This document shows positions 60,891-64,000 of a stretch of 64,000 nucleotides of DNA, in pieces (positions within the stretch are counted from its first letter, which is position 1; the number at the start of each line of letters is the position of its first letter). The notes under the pieces are model-generated. The model did not search any database. It was not told the origin of the DNA and saw only the letters and a list, made by a program, of their open reading frames with translations. The translations under genes were made by a program, and so were the position numbers. Source of the DNA: Candidatus Hydrogenedentota bacterium (GTDB lineage: Bacteria > Hydrogenedentota > Hydrogenedentia > Hydrogenedentales > SLHB01); assembly GCA_963668025.2 (NCBI GenBank), contig CAXXTH010000010.1, positions 224,001 to 288,000 on the forward strand, read 5' to 3'.

Positions 60891-62266
60891 GTCTTTTACA
60901 CGAATGGCTCAACGTTACCGAGCGCTGGCGCGATGCTTTTGCCCAAGAGCGCACCACCGTGCGTGCGGTGCGGCAGGGACTTGGGTCACTGGTCTGTTTG
61001 GGGCGGCGCACAATCACGCGGACCCTTTGGGCCTGTGGTCGCGAGAATCTGCCGTGGCAGGCTGAATACCACATGTACGGCCGCGCCAAGTGGGACCCCC
61101 AGCAGCTCTTCGACCCTATTTGGGAAGGAGCCCTGCCCCAGTGTGAAGACCCGCTTGTAGGCGTCGCCGTCGATGATACCAAGCTGCACAAGACCGGCCG
61201 GTGCATTGTCCAGGCTTTTCATCAGCGCGACCCCCTGTCCCCGCCGTTCCACACCAATCTCATTCTGGGCCTGCGTTTCCTGCAGGCCTCCCTTCTCGTA
61301 CCGCTTCACCAAGGCGGCGCCTTTAGTTGCCGCGCCTTGCCCGTGCGTTTCGAGGAGTCTTCCCCCGCCAAGAAGCCTGGCAAGCGCGCAAGCGAGGAGG
61401 AGTGGATGGCGTACAAGCAGCGCCGTAAAGAGAAGAACCTTTCAACCCATTGCGTGGCGATGATGGACTCCTTGCGCGCATCCCTCGACGCCGTCGGCGC
61501 CAGGGAGAAAACCTTGGTCATGGCCCTCGACGGCAGCTTTTGCAACCAGACCGTCTTCGGCGCTGAACGCGACCGCACCCACCTCATCGCCCGTGCCCGC
61601 AAGGACGCAGTCCTATGCTTTGGCGCTCCAGAGGGTTCGCGGCGTTTCTATGCCCAAGAAAAATTCACCCCCGAGCAAGTACGCCAGGACGATAGCATCC
61701 CCTGGAAGACTACGAAGCTATTCTACGGCGGCAAACGCCGCAAGGTCCGCTACAAGGAAATCAAGACCCTCTACTGGCAAGGCGGCGCGCGCCGTCTTCC
61801 CCTCCGCCTTTTCGCTATCGCTCCCACCCCCTACCGCAAGCGGAAAAGCAGTAAGCTTTATTACCGGCAACCAGCCTACCTTCTTTGTACCGACAGGGTT
61901 CACGCCGCACAGAGGCTGCTCCAGATCTACTTCGACCGCTGGCAGATTGAAGTCAACCATCGCGAGGAAAAGGACACCTTGGGCGTCGGACAAGCTCAGC
62001 TCTGGAACCCCAATGCCGTACCCAAGCAGCCCCCGCTTGCCATCGCCGCCTACAGCGCATTGCTACTGGCCGCCATAAAAACCTTTGGCCCCGAACGAAA
62101 TAGTGCATACGCCCCGCTGCCACGGTGGCGAAAACACGCCACACGCCCATCGTGCCTCGCTCTCATCACTCTATTGAGAAAAGAGATGGACGAACAGCCC
62201 CATTTGCTCCGTCCACTCGGCATAGAAACCTCCAGAGCAACAATGGCAAGCGCCGCGGCTGCTTAA
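60887..62266 (+). CDS. IS701-like DDE transposase (copy 2)
   Basis: Protein identical to 29050-30429. Confidence 0.85.
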   Translation: MSLLHEWLNVTERWRDAFAQERTTVRAVRQGLGSLVCLGRRTITRTLWACGRENLPWQAEYHMYGRAKWDPQQLFDPIWEGALPQCEDPLVGVAVDDTKLHKTGRCIVQAFHQRDPLSPPFHTNLILGLRFLQASLLVPLHQGGAFSCRALPVRFEESSPAKKPGKRASEEEWMAYKQRRKEKNLSTHCVAMMDSLRASLDAVGAREKTLVMALDGSFCNQTVFGAERDRTHLIARARKDAVLCFGAPEGSRRFYAQEKFTPEQVRQDDSIPWKTTKLFYGGKRRKVRYKEIKTLYWQGGARRLPLRLFAIAPTPYRKRKSSKLYYRQPAYLLCTDRVHAAQRLLQIYFDRWQIEVNHREEKDTLGVGQAQLWNPNAVPKQPPLAIAAYSALLLAAIKTFGPERNSAYAPLPRWRKHATRPSCLALITLLRKEMDEQPHLLRPLGIETSRATMASAAAA

Positions 62267-62283
62267 TAATGGAGAAACTCCAG

Positions 62284-62329
62284 GCATGGGCGTCCCGCCC
62301 ATGAACATGGCCGGGACGGCCATGCTACG
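62284..62329. repeat. REP doublet right of IS copy 2
   Basis: gcatgggcgtcccgcccatg-aa-catggccgggacggccatgCTACg. Confidence 0.8.
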
Positions 62330-62541
62330 GTTTGCCCGCCGCGATACGCCGGATCTCGGATTTCGTCAACGTGCGGTCGTAGATGCGGATATCGCGGATG
62401 CATATATCCCCTTTGTCTACCAATCAAGGAAACCCGGAATATTGATATCCGAATCCAGTTAAAGGCATGTTAAGGGCAGGCTACCAATGCATAGAACGCT
62501 TTTGGGGTTAGATTCCGTTGGCCGGGCTGGTAGGGGTATTC

Positions 62542-64000
62542 ATGTCGCTGGTGGCATTGTTGATAGTCTCGTGGGGATTCGGGACCGTTGCGGCCCGTGC
62601 CGTGGCGGATGCCGCGCCCATCGAGCGCGCCGCATTCGGCATGCTGCTGGGGCTTTGCATCAGCGCCGTCCTCATTATCGCCGCTGGGAGCTGGTCGCTG
62701 GCGGGACTGCACATCGCCATGATGGCGCTGGCCGTTCCGTGCGCGGCCCTGTTAATCCGCGATGCCTTGCGCGGTTCTCGACTGTTTTGCCCCCGCGCCT
62801 GCCTGGCGTGGCCCTTCATCGAGAAAGCCGCTGGCGCGGCGGTGTTGGCGGGGCTGGCGCTGGGCTTCGTGTCGGCCCTCGCGCCTTGTACGGGCTGGGA
62901 CGCCGCCTCGGCCCACATGGCGCTTCCCGCCGAATACCAGCGGCGTGGATTCATACTGGCGTATGCCGGGAACACCTATTCTGGCTATCCGCACTTGCTG
63001 CACAGCCTCTACACATACGCCTATTACGGAAGCGGCGAACAGGGCGTACAGGCGCTCAATTGGCTGCTCTCCGCGCTCACGTGCGCGGTGCTCTATGCAC
63101 TGGGCAACAGGCTGGGCGGACGCCGTTGCGGCTTGTTCACGGCGGCCATGTTCGCCGTGGCGCCTATTTTCCACGATCAAACGGGAACGGCCTCGCTCGA
63201 TGCCGCCACGTCCGGCGTAATCGCCGCCGCGCTGGCCTGTGCGCTGGCGTGGGGCGAAACAGGCCACATGGGCTGGCTGCTGTTGGGCGCATCCTTCGCA
63301 GGGAGCGCCTGCGGCATGCGCCACACCGGCTATTTGGCGGCGGGCCTCATAGCGGCGGGGCTGCCATTGCTCCGCCGTGAACGCGCCTCTCGTGCTATCT
63401 TGATGTTTTCTCTTTTAGCAGCCGCCAGCGCCGCTCCATGGCTCCTGCGCGGAGCATACGCCATCGGCAATCCGCTGTATCCCTTCTTCCAGGGGATTTT
63501 TCCTTCCTCGATATTGCGCAACATCGACGTGACCGCCCTGGGCAGCCATGAATCCTTGCGCGGCTCCACGCTCTGGGACATGCCGGTTTTCCTGTGGGAG
63601 ATTGTCATGCGCCCCGGCGCATTCGACGGCTGGCGCAATTCACCCGGCCCCTTCATTATCGCGTTGGGACTGCCGGGCGTACTCCTAGGCGGACGGCCTG
63701 TCCGCTGGCTGGCTGGATTTGTGCTGCTGGGCGTGACGGCGTTTTTCTTCTTCCAGCATTACGCCCGTTATTTGTTGCCGTTCATGATGCCGCTTTTCGC
63801 GGTGGCGGCCTATGGCGCATGCCGGCTCGATGGTCTGAAACGGCTGGTGAATGTCTTGCTGTTCTTCGGCCTGGCCTATGGCCTATGCGTGGGATTCGCC
63901 ATGGCGCACTTCAAGTTCCCCGTGGCCTTCGGCTTCGAGTCCCGGCAAGCCTATTTGGAGCAACGCGTCGAGCGGTATCCGAGCTTCGAGTGGGTCAATG
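62542..64000 (+). CDS. Multi-pass membrane protein, GT-C/ArnT-PMT-like (runs off the window; absent from the ORF track)
   Basis: Frame from ATG 62542 (or TTG 62518): MSLVALLIVSWGFG..SALAPCTGWDAASAHMALPAEY..YSGYP..APWLLR...GNPLYPFF..RYLLP; the tracked 62487-63380 ORF is a shadow frame. Confidence 0.75.
   Translation, partial: MSLVALLIVSWGFGTVAARAVADAAPIERAAFGMLLGLCISAVLIIAAGSWSLAGLHIAMMALAVPCAALLIRDALRGSRLFCPRACLAWPFIEKAAGAAVLAGLALGFVSALAPCTGWDAASAHMALPAEYQRRGFILAYAGNTYSGYPHLLHSLYTYAYYGSGEQGVQALNWLLSALTCAVLYALGNRLGGRRCGLFTAAMFAVAPIFHDQTGTASLDAATSGVIAAALACALAWGETGHMGWLLLGASFAGSACGMRHTGYLAAGLIAAGLPLLRRERASRAILMFSLLAAASAAPWLLRGAYAIGNPLYPFFQGIFPSSILRNIDVTALGSHESLRGSTLWDMPVFLWEIVMRPGAFDGWRNSPGPFIIALGLPGVLLGGRPVRWLAGFVLLGVTAFFFFQHYARYLLPFMMPLFAVAAYGACRLDGLKRLVNVLLFFGLAYGLCVGFAMAHFKFPVAFGFESRQAYLEQRVERYPSFEWVN

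Larger units (their letters stand above)
60380..62283 (+). mobile_element. IS701-like element, copy 2 (uninterrupted, about 1.9 kb)
   Basis: IRs ctggagtttct / agaaactccag; flanked on both sides by gcatgggcgtcccgcccatg. Confidence 0.9.

Noticed and set aside
62487-63380. 297-aa ORF in the track
   Set aside because: Arg/Gly-rich wrong frame; the hydrophobic frame from 62542 is the plausible gene.
1-64000. tRNA/rRNA genes, DGR, integron integrase, prophage
   Set aside because: No recognisable signatures by eye; not excluded without covariance-model or HMM searches.

Overview
64 kb of a GC-rich bacterial chromosome. Three DUF1559-type prepilin genes and (V/L)P-TM-basic C-terminal sorting tails suggest Ca. 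Hydrogenedentes or a PVC-like lineage (inference). Two related carbohydrate-utilisation loci (about 0.5-16 kb and 32.5-40.5 kb) encode divergent GH29-like multidomain enzymes, URO-D-like proteins and DNRLRE-like surface proteins; the first also has prepilin-like proteins and paralogous AraC regulators. Housekeeping and accessory genes include rsgA, 5-FTHF cyclo-ligase, a CPBP protease, the nfeD-floA operon, glycosyltransferases, a TrmH-family methylase and an iron ADH. A mobile-element pile-up at 26.5-32.4 kb contains an ORF-deleted group II intron, an IS701-like element carrying nested IS630 and IS1595 insertions, an IS200 and an IS3 scrap. An IS1182-like element and a second IS701-like copy lie at 57.7-62.3 kb. 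Most notable: (1) a GTAG-type REP family that is the insertion site of both the group II intron and a two-gene IS701-like element, which appears to duplicate the whole ~20-bp REP hairpin; (2) a DUF3800 gene facing a convergent ~63-nt structured small RNA with its own promoter and terminator; (3) prepilin-containing, PUL-like loci. All product calls come from motif recognition by eye; no database search was run.
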